DNA from: Podarcis vaucheri
Taxonomy: Eukaryota
Assembly: GCA_965113315.1 (NCBI GenBank)
Contig: OZ220367.1
Length of the DNA: 64,000 nt
Strand: one strand, 5' to 3'
The position numbers were made by a program, and so were the translations under genes. Positions 51,658 through 63,333 of this stretch are shown here, one piece after another (within the stretch, counting starts at the first letter, position 1; each line of letters starts with the position of its first letter). The notes beneath the pieces were generated by a model. That model was not told where the DNA came from and did no database searches. It was given only the letters and a program-made list of their open reading frames with translations.

Positions 51658-52861
51658 TCTAAAACTTTTGGGGAGAAAACTCAACAAGAGACTATGGTTT
51701 TTGGCACCAACCCCATGTTGGAGCTAAAACTGACTTCTGCCCTGAGAAACGTCCCTTTAATAAAAAAGAGAACTGACTTCCAATATCATATTCCCATACT
51801 TACAGTGAAAAACAGTGGTACATTTATTGTGGTTATAATTGTTCATATAGATAGGCTCTTTCGCTTTCCCCTGAGTGAACTAGCTTCTGAAGTCAGTAAC
51901 TTATCATTAGATTAGATTAGAGGGGAAAATGTCAGTCCTCCAGTATGAAGTCCCTCTGGCATATTTTTTGTGACCCATCATGTCCACAGACTATCACTAA
52001 TACCTGATTTCCATGTGGATTAGCATTGGGTATGTGTTTACAAATCCCATAAAAAGTGACCGGCACCATGCTGGTTTTGTTTTTAATCTCTGATAATAAG
52101 ACTATTCATATAAACAAGCTTAGAGGGGAAAGAAGAATGCAAGCTGTCAACAAGGTGGGAAAAGAATATTTACATCTTTTGCTGTTTGAGAGGAACTACA
52201 AATAGGAATGGGGGATGTGTCCATTAAGAAGAGATTTAATGAACTAGCCATGTTCCTACCTAGCAAACGTAGAAGGATAATGGAATGGATTCTGATAATA
52301 GATCCTATCCCAGCCGGGCAAATGCAAAAACACCCAAGGTAAGCTAGGTACAACTTCCATTCCAGCAGTGACAGCTAGTTACGGAGGGGCAGAAAGTGGT
52401 CAAGTGACCGCCACTGCTGGTTGTGAGAGAGGGGTGCCTGTGATCCATGACCTGGTGAAAGCAGCCAAAACAATAGTGCCTCACATGTAGCACTGTGCAG
52501 CTGTTTTGGTGACTGGCTAGTTCACCATACCCATGTGGATATTACAGACTAATTACACAATTGGCACAAAACTACCAGCACATGCCTTCATGAGTATCTC
52601 TTGCCCAGGCTACTCCCAATAGATATTGGTTGGTAAGCCCCAGATGTTCCCCTCCCATTTGATAGTTGCTTAGTGGTATTGTTTTCCATACCCCCTTATC
52701 AGCCACTACTATTTCCAGGAAGTGAAATCAATGGTGGCAATGATACTTATATCAACCAGATCAAGAGATCTTAGGTACCAGAAGTGGGGAAGCTCCCCCA
52801 AGCTTCTAAAATCAGGGTCACAATCAACATGCTTCCAATCACAGCACTAGACTACATTGAC

Positions 52862-52988
52862 CAGGGGTAGCCAGCCAGCTGTCCTTGGATTACAATCCCC
52901 ATCAGCCCCAGCCAACAGAGCCAATGGTCAGAGGTGGTGGAAACTGCAGCTCAGCAACATATGAAGGGCACTGTGTTGGTTACCCCTG
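52862..52988. mobile_element. hAT MITE
   Basis: TIRs caggggtagcca / tggttacccctg; 8-bp TSD acattgac / acatagac. Confidence 0.78.
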
Positions 52989-53959
52989 ACATAGACAATG
53001 GGATGTCCAATATGAGGCAACTTTTATATTCTTAACTGTGCTATAAATGTGACTAGCAGCTTCCCAAAATGCCAGTGTCTGAATGTGGGCTGGAAGGATG
53101 TGTCTTCTCTGTCATTACATTTTCCTGATGCTTGGTTTGTGCTAAACCCAAGCCATAAAATGCATGGTTTTTTGCTCAAGGAATGTTGTGCCACAAATTC
53201 CTGAAGGAAATCAACCCACAACACCAAAAAAATCTAATGAACTGGTGCTTCCACTGCACGTGGGCCAAACAGGTCAACTCTCTATTTCTGCATCATTAAG
53301 AACACATTCCTCACACAATGGTATTTGTTCAACTGAACCTGCAAATCCTTTCCACGGTTAAATAATATAGGACAGATTTACATCTCTGTCTACTCACAAG
53401 TCAATGCTGGGTATGCCAAGAATCTGAAAACTCCCGAGAGCTTTATTATATGACTTGTAAGTAGACCAAGATATAGATCCTTTGTATGTTTCTGCAGGAG
53501 TGGCTTGCAGAAGCAACTCCAAGAATGAAAACTGCAATGTGGGAAGGAAATAGCCTAAAGTGCTATGAGCTCATCTGAAATCAAAAGAACTTCTTAAAGG
53601 AAATGTGTGCTCTCCATTACAAGAAAGACTTGGGAAATTCTATACCTAGAACCTTTGTCCTGACATTGAGTCAGTCTGCACGTCCCACTGAAATCCAGTT
53701 CTCTTTAGCGCAGAAGAGTTGAACATGGCACCCTTCAGATGTTACTGGACTGGGCAGTAGCCACGCTGGCTGAGGATGAATCTGATGTGAGTTCAAAACC
53801 ATCTAAAGTGTACTATATCGTCTACACCTATTATCTGACAATATGTTCTTTTGCAATGGGTAGCCAGCTATCTCCTCCCCAGCATTCACAGACTTTAGGC
53901 AGCTAGCAAGAAAGGACGAAGAGAGGAGGAAAAACACAAAAAGGGGAAAAAATATTTAC

Positions 53960-53986
53960 CGGAAGCCCAGGTCTTCCTGAAGGACC
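53960..53986 (-). CDS. COL13A1: COL13A1 exon, 27 nt, GPSGRPGLP
   Basis: tttcag|GGT...CCG|gtaaat; Gly-X-Y. Confidence 0.93.
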
Positions 53987-55249
53987 CTGAAAAGAAACAC
54001 AGCAAAGGACAAGTTGGCACAAGGAGCATGGGCAATTGGATTGGTACAGAGAAACAATAAAGTCATAAGCTAACTGAATCTTGGATGTGAAGAATACCAC
54101 TCCAGTGGCGGTAGAGCACATTATTTGTGCAGATAAGGTGCCCTATGTTTAATTTGTGGCATCTCCAGTTAAGTGATCATAGACAGGGAAGCCAGGAGTT
54201 TCCAGACACTCTGGCAAGCTATTGGAAGTCAGAGTAGACAAGACTGGGCCAGATACAACTCACTTGGTGCAGTTAGCCTTGTGTATCCTAGACAAAGATG
54301 TGGGGCTCACTAAAGAAGGATATGTAGCTTGTTGAGTACAATTGTGAACCACACCCGCTGCTACCATTCACTCCCACTGCTGTGCAGTCAGCAGGTACAT
54401 TTCTGCACTGGGATTAACTGGCATTACCAGTCCATGTAGATTCATTCTAGCATAGGAGAGTATGTGCAGCAAACAAGCACAGAACAAGCACACCCTACGT
54501 GAGTGAGAAGGAGAGTCCTTGGATAAACGACAGCTATTTGCTCAAATATGTTGCAGTCTTTCAAAAGAGCCAGTTGTTCAAATATGTTGTCGGCGTGACT
54601 CCTCTTCAGGCGTGACCGATTCAAAGGAAAGTTACAATAAAAGAAGGAGCTAAAGAGATCCTTTCTCTCTTCCCCCCCACCCTGCGTCTAAGCACGCACA
54701 CACATGATGGATGATGGCAGGAGGACTATATTGTATCAATACTATAGGTCGCTGCTGGAAACAATTTGCGTAAAAAACTGGAATGCAAAACTCTTAAGCA
54801 CATCAACTGTCCAATTCTATTTACTAGCGCTGAGCCAAAATGCCCCACAACTTGACCACCCTGGCTGCAAGCTGCAAAGCTGGGGTGATTTATAAGGGAC
54901 ACAAACATATGAAAAATGCTTGCTCCATTTGCTACAATAGCTTCTAAACTCCCTGCTTCTGCCTGGCAGTTTCCTGTGTGCTTCCTACTCAGAAGATGCC
55001 AGCGTGAGAGCAGGGGAAAATATTCCTTGTTTATGCCCTCACTCTTAATTGGCTTTAGAATGATACCACATATAATCATAAACAAGTGGCAACAGCTGTG
55101 AAAATAGGTGAAGTGTGTGTGTGTGTGGTTTCATGAAAACCTCTGCCTGTCCCTCTCCAAAACCCCATGTCTGAGCCAGAAAAGGAATCAATAAAACATT
55201 TGGCTCAGCTCTAAATTTCTTCAGGCACATGTACTCCCTTCTGTTAAAG

Positions 55250-55795
55250 CAGATATTGTGTTTGGACCTGAATGTGGAAGACCAGGGTTCAAAATCCCTA
55301 GCAAGCCATGAAACTACCTTTGGTTAAGTCACTCTCTGTCCCATCAGAATAACCTACGTGAAAGGGTTGCATACAAGATAAAAGGAGATAACCCTCTGTA
55401 TACTGTATCCAGGTAATATGAAGCCCTGTGCGAGGCCAAAATTTGACACCCCTCCATCCCAAAACTGCCTTCCCAAAGCTGGGTAAGTGAGGTGCAGGGC
55501 TTTGGGAAGGAGGTGTGAGGCTCTGGCAGGGTCTTCCTGCCTCCTTCCCAAAGCTGGGCAAGCACTAACTAGGCTTTGGGAAGGAGACAGGAGGTCTCTA
55601 GGACCCTGCTAGAGCCCTCACACCTCCTTCCCAAAGCCCAGCACTTACTAGACTTTGAGAAGAAGGCGTGAAGGTGCCCCCTAGGCCCCTTTGCCGGGGT
55701 ACTAGTCACGCTGCCCTAAACCCACCTCTGCTGTATCTTGAACAACTTAGAGGAAAGGCATGATACAACTTTGAAACACAAATAAATAATAAATA
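55250..55795 (+). mobile_element. Old tRNA-derived SINE (MIR/Squam3-like, L2-type tail) split by a DNA element
   Basis: B-box-like gggttcaaaatccc, gccatgaa, aacctac...agggttg, tail aaataaataataaa. Confidence 0.55.
55410..55730. mobile_element. Non-autonomous DNA element with internal alternating inverted repeats and 7-bp TSD
   Basis: CAG...CTG ends flanked by CTGTATC (55403-55409, 55731-55737); three CCTTCCCAAAGC / GCTTTGGGAAGG pairs. Confidence 0.72.
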
Positions 55796-57517
55796 CATGG
55801 TTACAGAATTACAGCCCAAAGCATCTCTCTAGCAAGCCAGGTCTGATAGCTTGATTCTTGGCTGGACGACACAACCATATGCCCATGGCGGAGACAGTCA
55901 AATAGCCTGTGCAACAAATGGGTGTCAGCTATGGTTTGAGCCTACACAACGCTGATGTACAAGGCTACATGAATGAGGAAACCCTTCTGGGTTTTGTTCA
56001 ACAAATTGTTAAGAAAGTCCTCAGCCTCTCGGCTTTGGAATGCAGGTTCCAAACAGCTCTTGAAGATGTGAAGCAAACAGGCCATATTTTGTTGAGTATG
56101 TTGTGTTTCTTCTGACTACGTGTCTGGGCATTAAAGTTAATGAGATGAGAGACCTCCAGCAAGTCTGAGATCCCGAAATGTCTCAAAAGTCTAGACACGG
56201 GAGGCCCATGGTCACAAATTCTGTATGGAGGTATGAGGAGGCATTGTAAATCAACACGAAGCAGAAAAACATCGAATGCAAGTAGTATATTATAAGTTAT
56301 TTAAATTATTATTTTAAGTTATTTATATGAGACAGATACCACACACAATCACCAATGTGTTCACAAGGCAAGAAAACAAGCACCATGCGCCCACCAAATT
56401 GTTTTAAAGGCAGGAAAATCAATGGCCAGAAAATAATGCAGTCATGGCCAACTGTAGCAAATCAAATGCCATAATTCACAACATAAACATCACACTCTTT
56501 GCTTAGCAATGAACAGTGAGTTTGGGCTCATTGTTTTAAGCCCCTTCCACATACAGCTAACAGGAATCACACAGCAGTCTAAATGACAAATATTCTAGAG
56601 TCTGTATACAGACCCCAGGTAAATGTAATGCATATTTTCCTTTTTTCCAAATTTCCTTTTGGTTGGTTTCACAAGGGGCCATAGCTCAGTGGATAGAGTG
56701 CACATGTTGCATACAGAATATCTTTATTCCAATCTGTAGCATCTTCAGTTAAAAAAAAGCTTAGGTAGCAGGACTGGGGACAACTGGTTGGTTAGAGTAG
56801 ATAGCAACCAATGGCCTGACTCAGAAAGGAGTTCCCATGATCCTCCCTGCTTACATGTTCACAGACACGTAAGGAAGAGCAGGATCACATCCAGCAACAT
56901 GCACCCTGGCCATGCTCCGTGCCAACTGGACATCTGGCAGCAGTGTGAAGGAAACAGATACATGGACAGATGTACACACGTTGGGCTAATGCATTTGTCA
57001 TTGACTGCATTTTATGGCAGACTACTTCATGCTGGCCCTATTGGGACCAAGCAGTTTTGCAGCACTTGGGGTCTGTAAAACTATAGTGTTTTCAGAAATT
57101 AGTTAGTTGCTGCATTTTCTTAAGGACACAAAGTGAGAGAGATGCAAGGAGATCAGCGGAGAGGACATAAGAGTTTTCTTATTTCCTCTGCACCCGTCTT
57201 AACTTTTTGCCCCGGATCTCCCAGATTTTTTTTATGTCATAAAATAAGTGCTCTCTAAGTAAGCTTGCGAGAGCCTCAGAATGTTTCTAGTCTTCCCACA
57301 ACAAAATATACAGGTACCAAAAATATGGAAGAGCAGGTGGCACAGGCAGTTGAATCTTTTGTGAATCAGAGCAGCAGCAGTTTATCAGTTAAGCCCTTTC
57401 TGTCCATTAAGAATTCCTGATGTTTCAGGAATGTTCCTCCCTCTCCCCCAGTGCCCAGTCACCTTACCACCAGATGCATTCTTCACAACACACACAGATG
57501 TAAGTTTTGGTACTTAC

Positions 57518-57525
57518 AGGGGGGC
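57518..57525 (-). CDS. COL13A1: COL13A1 8-nt microexon (G|GC CCC CCT = Gly-Pro-Pro, start of COL1)
   Basis: Minus strand reads ...ttctttcttttttctttcag|GCCCCCCT|gtaagta: strong acceptor and consensus donor. Phase-1 entry restores phase 0 for the next exon. An 8-nt exon is known in mammalian Col13a1. Confidence 0.88.
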
Positions 57526-58819
57526 CTGAAAGAAAAAAGAAAGAAAAAATAGTTATCATGGTGTTAATGCTATTGAACTCTATTGATAGCATCTTTAATA
57601 ACATCTTCCTCAACAGATCCATCATTTTTCAGTAGGATTATGAACTGGCAAGTGGATGGTTCATATCTCACCTTAGCCATAAACTTATCAGGATTCTGCA
57701 ATACGTGAATAACAACACTGACCCTTATTACAAAGCTGTAAGGATTACTGAATAATTTGTACAAGGAGCTTTAAACACTCAAAAGTAGCATGGAAATGTT
57801 AAGCTGTGAAGGTGGTGTGTTTTAGGTTTTGCACTACAAGAGCTCCTGTTACCTTGATGCTACAAAAACCATATACATCAACTAATACAGGACAGTAACT
57901 GAAATGTCTGATTTAGGGCAGCTCAAGGAACTTTCACCTGCATCAATTCATCTTTTGTGTGTGGCAGAAAATTTTGGAGAACGCTCCTGATCCTAGTCAT
58001 CAACCAAAGTGGGCTGCAAATGCATTTTAGAATGCAGCTAGCACTCCCTTCTGCATATGCACCTTGCAGGAGGCAATTAGCCATGGCACTTTGGAGCAGC
58101 TTTTTGCCATTCTTCTCATCATGGAACTCTGACTAACAAGCTTTCATGGAGCACCAAGCTTCTTTGGAAAATGGTTTAAAAATCCCTGGTTTAGAGTGCT
58201 TAGACAATACTGACCAAGGCTGTCAGGATATGGAGATATACGGTACAACACATGACACATGGGGGACATGATTAGTCTGCCATTTTTGGCGGCAGCACAT
58301 GCTTCTTATTTGATGTAGCTATGCTCTAAGGCTGTTCCCAAAGGCATGTTTATGGTGTATTCTCCAGTCCAGTCTCTCCTTTGCATCTAAAATGTAAGGT
58401 TTTCTTTAACACTTCCATTTTCAGCATCAAATCCAGGCACAACCCAGGGTGGAACTTTTCTGATTCCAAGCAGATGGCAGCCCTTTTGATAACATTTTTC
58501 ATCCCCAATGGCAAGACTTTCTTTCTTTGTTTTTAAAATAAAGTAATACCATATATGATGATGTCATAATCCATTACAGTAGCCACTAAGTGACATCATA
58601 TGGGAATTTTGGACTGCCACTCAGAAACCTTATTTGCTCTTCAGTGGCTTGGAAGAGCCCAACACACTCAAAGATATGATCATATTGCAGGCAGACCTCT
58701 GTCAGCAGCACAATCTACGTATTTGCCGGCAAGCAGCGTTTCACACACAGCTTGCAAAATGCAGCTCAGCTTTGTCTCACCTTGTAGGGATACATGGATC
58801 TCACATTCAAAAACCCATC

Positions 58820-58872
<53 letters not shown>
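58820..58872. repeat. (CT)n microsatellite
   Basis: Directly visible. Confidence 0.95.
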
Positions 58873-58874
<2 letters not shown>

Positions 58875-60949
58875 CTATCTGTATACACCACTTTGGAACT
58901 CCCGAGTTGGGTACTGTCTCAGTATATACAATTTAATTTACAAAAGCTACTTAAGTGGATAGTCAGGGTAATGCAGTAGTTAAAACAGTTAATTGGACAG
59001 TTAGCTAGCTGATTCAGATAGACTTAGTTTCTATTAAATAATGGGACAACCCCAATATGGAATCTTTACCTCCTTGTGGGAAGAATTGAGTGCACATGCA
59101 ATTAAAAAATAAAACCTACCCAGCTTTCACCTTACTGCACACATATTACATTAATTTATCCATCAGCTATCACATTCACCAACTTACCTTTCCATCTGCC
59201 ACTTTATGCAGTTCTTAAACACTTCATTTCTCCACCACAACCAGCCAGCTAGACAGGCACAGCTGTGTAGTCTCAATGGTGGTGTTGGGAACCTCACACC
59301 TTACCCAAGACGGTGGGTGAGGGCATGGAAGAAGGGGAAATTTCACATTTGGTGGGAATGCCCTCCAGCTTCATCACTTTGGACTGTGGTTTATCAGAAA
59401 ATATCTAATATAATGAAACATCCTATCCAGTCTTCTCCATTAATCTCTTGGTTGAATTATTGGGATGATGACCCGATGAAAACTTTTCAGTCTATTGAAC
59501 TTTTAACCTGCCTCCTGCCAGGATCTCTGTAGCACAGATATGGAAAATGCTACAAGATCTCCAGTTTCCCCTGTGGTATAAAAATATGTGGACCTTGGCC
59601 ATCACTGAAAAAATAATACATAACCTATGTGTTGCTAGGAGTATTGAGAACCCAGAACAATTTCACACCATCTGTGGGACTTTATTTCATACACCTTGAA
59701 CTTGCATATACAAAAGTCTCTATCTTACTCTCAGAATTTGGTTATTTTGACAATCTTCTATGTACCAACTGTTTCTTATTAAGATAATATCCAGCGTCTT
59801 GCACTGCCCCTATGTCTTTCCCCCCTCTGTTGTTTTCTTTGCATTGCCTGCTATATTTCAACAAAACCTATAAAAATGGTGGTGTTGGGAGAAGAGGTTT
59901 GGATTTGTTAGGCCCTGAAGAATGTTTTGGAGCAGGCCAGGCCTGTACAAATGGTACAGGCTCTGCTTGAACCAGGATGGAACCAGACTGTTGGCACTTA
60001 AAAGAAAAAAGGTTACAGAGCAGTGTTTACATTGCATCTAAATTGCAGTAGGGTGGAAAAACTTTGTCCTCAAACTGAAGGCATTGTTCTGTGAACATGC
60101 TAACATGATTTATAGCTAGCTTTGTACAAGACATCAGGGTTAATGGCAGACACTAACAGTTACCTCAATTCAGAAAAGGAAGCTCAAATGAAGGAGCAGG
60201 CTTCCATACACATTGCTGAACACTTTGTTCAGGAAGTGTTAATCAGATTGGTTCCTTCAAAAATGTGACCACACAAAATCCTTGAGCATCCCAAACAAGA
60301 AAAAGTAGTTTTTAATACAGGTAAATAATACAACAACCAGAAAACTGGAAGATTGTAAACCAATTTGCACATTAGGAGGAGGAGGAGGAGGAGGTCCTGA
60401 AGTGAATTTTCTAACAGATAGCTGAAGTCAGGAGGATGGAGCTATATTTTACAGCTAAGACGGTCTATTGATTTTAGCCACCAGCTTCACTAATCAGAGA
60501 CAGATGCTAAGTATCTAAGTGCATGAGAAAGGCCAACTGTGAGGGTTGAAAATGCGGAATGTACTGTTAGAACTATGGACTGAGGTGGGTGACCTGTGCA
60601 TAACCATAACTTTGGCTTTACATGGAGACAATAAAAACCCTGTTCTGCTACCCTCATAGTCAAATTGTAAATGGTCAAGCCAAAATAACTTTCAAGTTGC
60701 CCTTTAACCTGGCTTCTCACAGAACAGTGGTTTAGGCTCTCATGCAGAAACAAGTGGCAATTATAACTGACTTATTTTATGTTTAATAAAATAATGTTTA
60801 ATCTTTTCAGCAAGGAAAACACTAGATTCGAACAGCTAATGTTGTCTCCACTGTGTTTCCAAACGACACTGGGTGATATCCAACAGTCATACTCAGAGTA
60901 CGACAAATTTGGAGATCACCTACTGTTTGCACTTACATTCTCCACTAAG

Positions 60950-61203
60950 AATAGGCGAATATGTCAATTTTGGTTCTCCACAGTTTCGCATATTTTCCCA
61001 TCTTAAATTCAGTTCTCCACATTTCCATATCAGCTTGAGATTTGTTTTAAGTCCTCATGAAAATTCATGAGCATTTTTGTGCAAATTTGTCCTAATATAC
61101 ACATTCTTGCATGCAATTTCCCCTAATATGCACATTTTTGCAAAGTAATCTTCCCGAACGTAATGCATTTGGCATGCTACTTTCACTAATACATGCATTC
61201 ATA
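60950..61203 (+). mobile_element. TAGGGATG-family element, interrupted by a Sauria SINE
   Basis: Collinear with 11470-11735. Confidence 0.65.
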
Positions 61204-61206
61204 AAA

Positions 61207-61575
61207 GGGAGTGGGTGGCGCTATGGTGAGCCTCTTGGGCTTGCTGATTGGAAGGTCAGCAGTTCGAATCCGCATGATGGGGTGAGCTTCTGTTGCTCTG
61301 TTCCAGCTTCTGCCAACCTAGCAGTTCGGAACCATACCAACAGGAGTAGATAAATAGGTATCACTGCGGCGGGAAGGTAAATGGTATTTCCATGCTCTCT
61401 GCCACCCATCATAGTGTTCCATTGCACCAGTAGCAGTTTCATCATGCTGGCCACATGACCCAGAAAGCTGTCTGCAGACAAACACCAGCTCCCTCGGCCT
61501 GAAGCAAGATGAGCACTGCACCCCAAGGTTGCGTTTGACTGGACTTAACTGTCCAGGGGTCCTTTACCTTTTACC
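61207..61575 (+). mobile_element. Near full-length older Sauria SINE
   Basis: ggga...gggtggcgct head, gttcgaatcc B box, cctttaccttttacc tail; TSD-like atgcattcata at 61193-61203 and 61579-61589; many CpG>TpG changes. Confidence 0.9.
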
Positions 61576-63146
61576 TATATGCATTCATATGCAGATTAAA
61601 GCACACGAAGATGAAAATATAACGTAGAAGCCTATTTTGGCATTAAGTAGTATATCAATTAAATAACAACAATAAGAGCAGTTATAATGCAGGGAGCAAT
61701 AAGGGCATCATGCCCAAGCCAAAAAAAATCTGGACTCAACACAGGTCAAATAAAAAATCCCAAAGCAACTTTAACTGGGTTGTCACGACCCTACCAAATT
61801 TTAATCATGATGTGGGAAGAAATTGCGCTGCATCATACATAGAATTGTAGGAAAGAATGCAGAGGGTCCTCCATCTAGCCCAACCCCTTGCAATGCAGGA
61901 ATCCCAACACTTCCAATTTGAAACCAAACCGGACCCTGCTTGGCTTTGCTATATTCTGAACCATTCAGAAGAGAAGCAATGAGTCTTCGTGTGTATTTCA
62001 TATAAAAGTGCTAGGGAATGGCAACATTAATATGAAGCTTGACGAATCTATGAGTGAATTGTTCTCGCCCCCAGCTATCTTGTAAATGGGATGACCACAG
62101 AAAAAGTGTCAATATTGAAGCTGACTAACTGACTAAAACATTAAAAATGACCAAATATATGACAATGTTTAGGCCTTGGGACTTGACTACCTCAGATGTG
62201 CTTTGCAATAGAGTTTGGGCCTCAGGAATCTCTGGATAGGCAAAGCTTGTCTTCTTTAGCCTGCAGTGTTGGCAAGGAAGAAAGCAGGAAGTATATTTTT
62301 CCTTGGAGGGTGTAGGGAGGAGGACTGATTATGTGATAGCTAGAGAGGGGGATTGTCTTCCTAAAGCCAGGGTTCAAATACTCCTGAAAGATAAATGTGT
62401 TGGCTGGGTCTAGTGGAAACACACCCCTTGCACTATCAAATCCACAGGACAGCTTTTAATTTTACTATGACAAATTCTAGAGAGTAGTCTGGTTTTGTCT
62501 GCAGCAGCAGAAACCAGAGAGTCTCGACTCTTGTGGCACCTCAAAGACAAAATAATATTGTGGCAAAACTTTGTTCTCCAATATATTTGTTAGTCTTTAA
62601 GGTTGTTTTACTGTGTGATAATTTTCATATTTTCTTTCTTTCTCTGATCACAGGGGAGCAGTCAGTCCTTTCAAAATATGTTTCCTTTACATAGTCAGTA
62701 TCTATGCCTTTGGAAACACCCTTTGAAAATAGGCAATTTGTATAGCTGAAGAGAATATATACTGAAATATTTGATTAACTGTGTAAAAATATCTGGGGCT
62801 TAGGTTGACAGACTCGTTTCATCAGGTTCCTGAGCTTTCCTCAAAATGTTCACGGATATTTCTAGTAGAAAGCGGATTTAAATACCTTTTTGTGGTTTCC
62901 TTTCAAGGAGGGGAAATGGGATACTTAATACAACTGTCAAAGCTGTAAGTGCTTTTCATATATTCTAGACTCTTATTAAAGGCAAGAGGTCACATACTAG
63001 ACTCACTCATATGAGGCAAGAGCTAACAGAGCTTGCCTTTTAAGTTAAATGGGATGGCAAATGTGTCAGCCCTGAAACAAAAGACTGGCAAAAGGATGAG
63101 TTTTCCAACTTTTTCCATTTCACCATTTGAATCTCATGGCAGTCTG

Positions 63147-63333
63147 CAGGGGCGGACTTTGGTGTTTCAAATTTCAGCGGGTCCCTGTTGCACCCTCCCA
63201 CCCAGTCTCTTGCCTTCCATTCTGCTCAATTCACTACATCTACATCATAGTTGTGACACCCTGCAACGCCCCCCCCCCCGGGCTTGGCACCCAGTGCGGC
63301 AGAACCAATTGTGTTGCCTTAAATCTACCTCTG
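63147..63333. mobile_element. Non-autonomous DNA element with 7-bp TSD
   Basis: TIRs caggggcggactt / aaatctacctctg; CAGTCTG at 63140-63146 and 63334-63340. Confidence 0.75.

Larger units (their letters stand above)
4483..57525 (-). other. COL13A1: Collagen type XIII alpha 1 gene, internal part (23 coding exons: COL1, NC2, part of COL2); gene extends beyond both window edges
   Basis: Chain of GT-AG exons on the minus strand encoding Gly-X-Y repeats. Diagnostic non-collagenous peptides GQCGDYPHR and [22 protein letters not shown], plus [12 protein letters not shown] and GIAVAGMK, match my recollection of mammalian collagen XIII, in the same order. Confidence 0.95.

Noticed and set aside
55465-55672. 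CRISPR-like repeat-spacer appearance
   Set aside because: Vertebrate intron; repeats alternate in orientation, spacers are related to each other, there are no cas genes, and it lies within a TSD-flanked MITE.
56675-56750. tRNA-like sequence (also at 12960-13016, 23421-23480, 54100-54170)
   Set aside because: Degenerate cloverleaf followed by LINE-derived tails; these are SINE heads, not tRNA genes.
59181-59250. Candidate 61-nt exon with consensus donor AAG|GTAAGT upstream of the microexon
   Set aside because: It is frameshifting, has a mediocre acceptor and no similarity to the expected NC1 exon ending CNCPPG. A poison exon cannot be excluded without RNA data.
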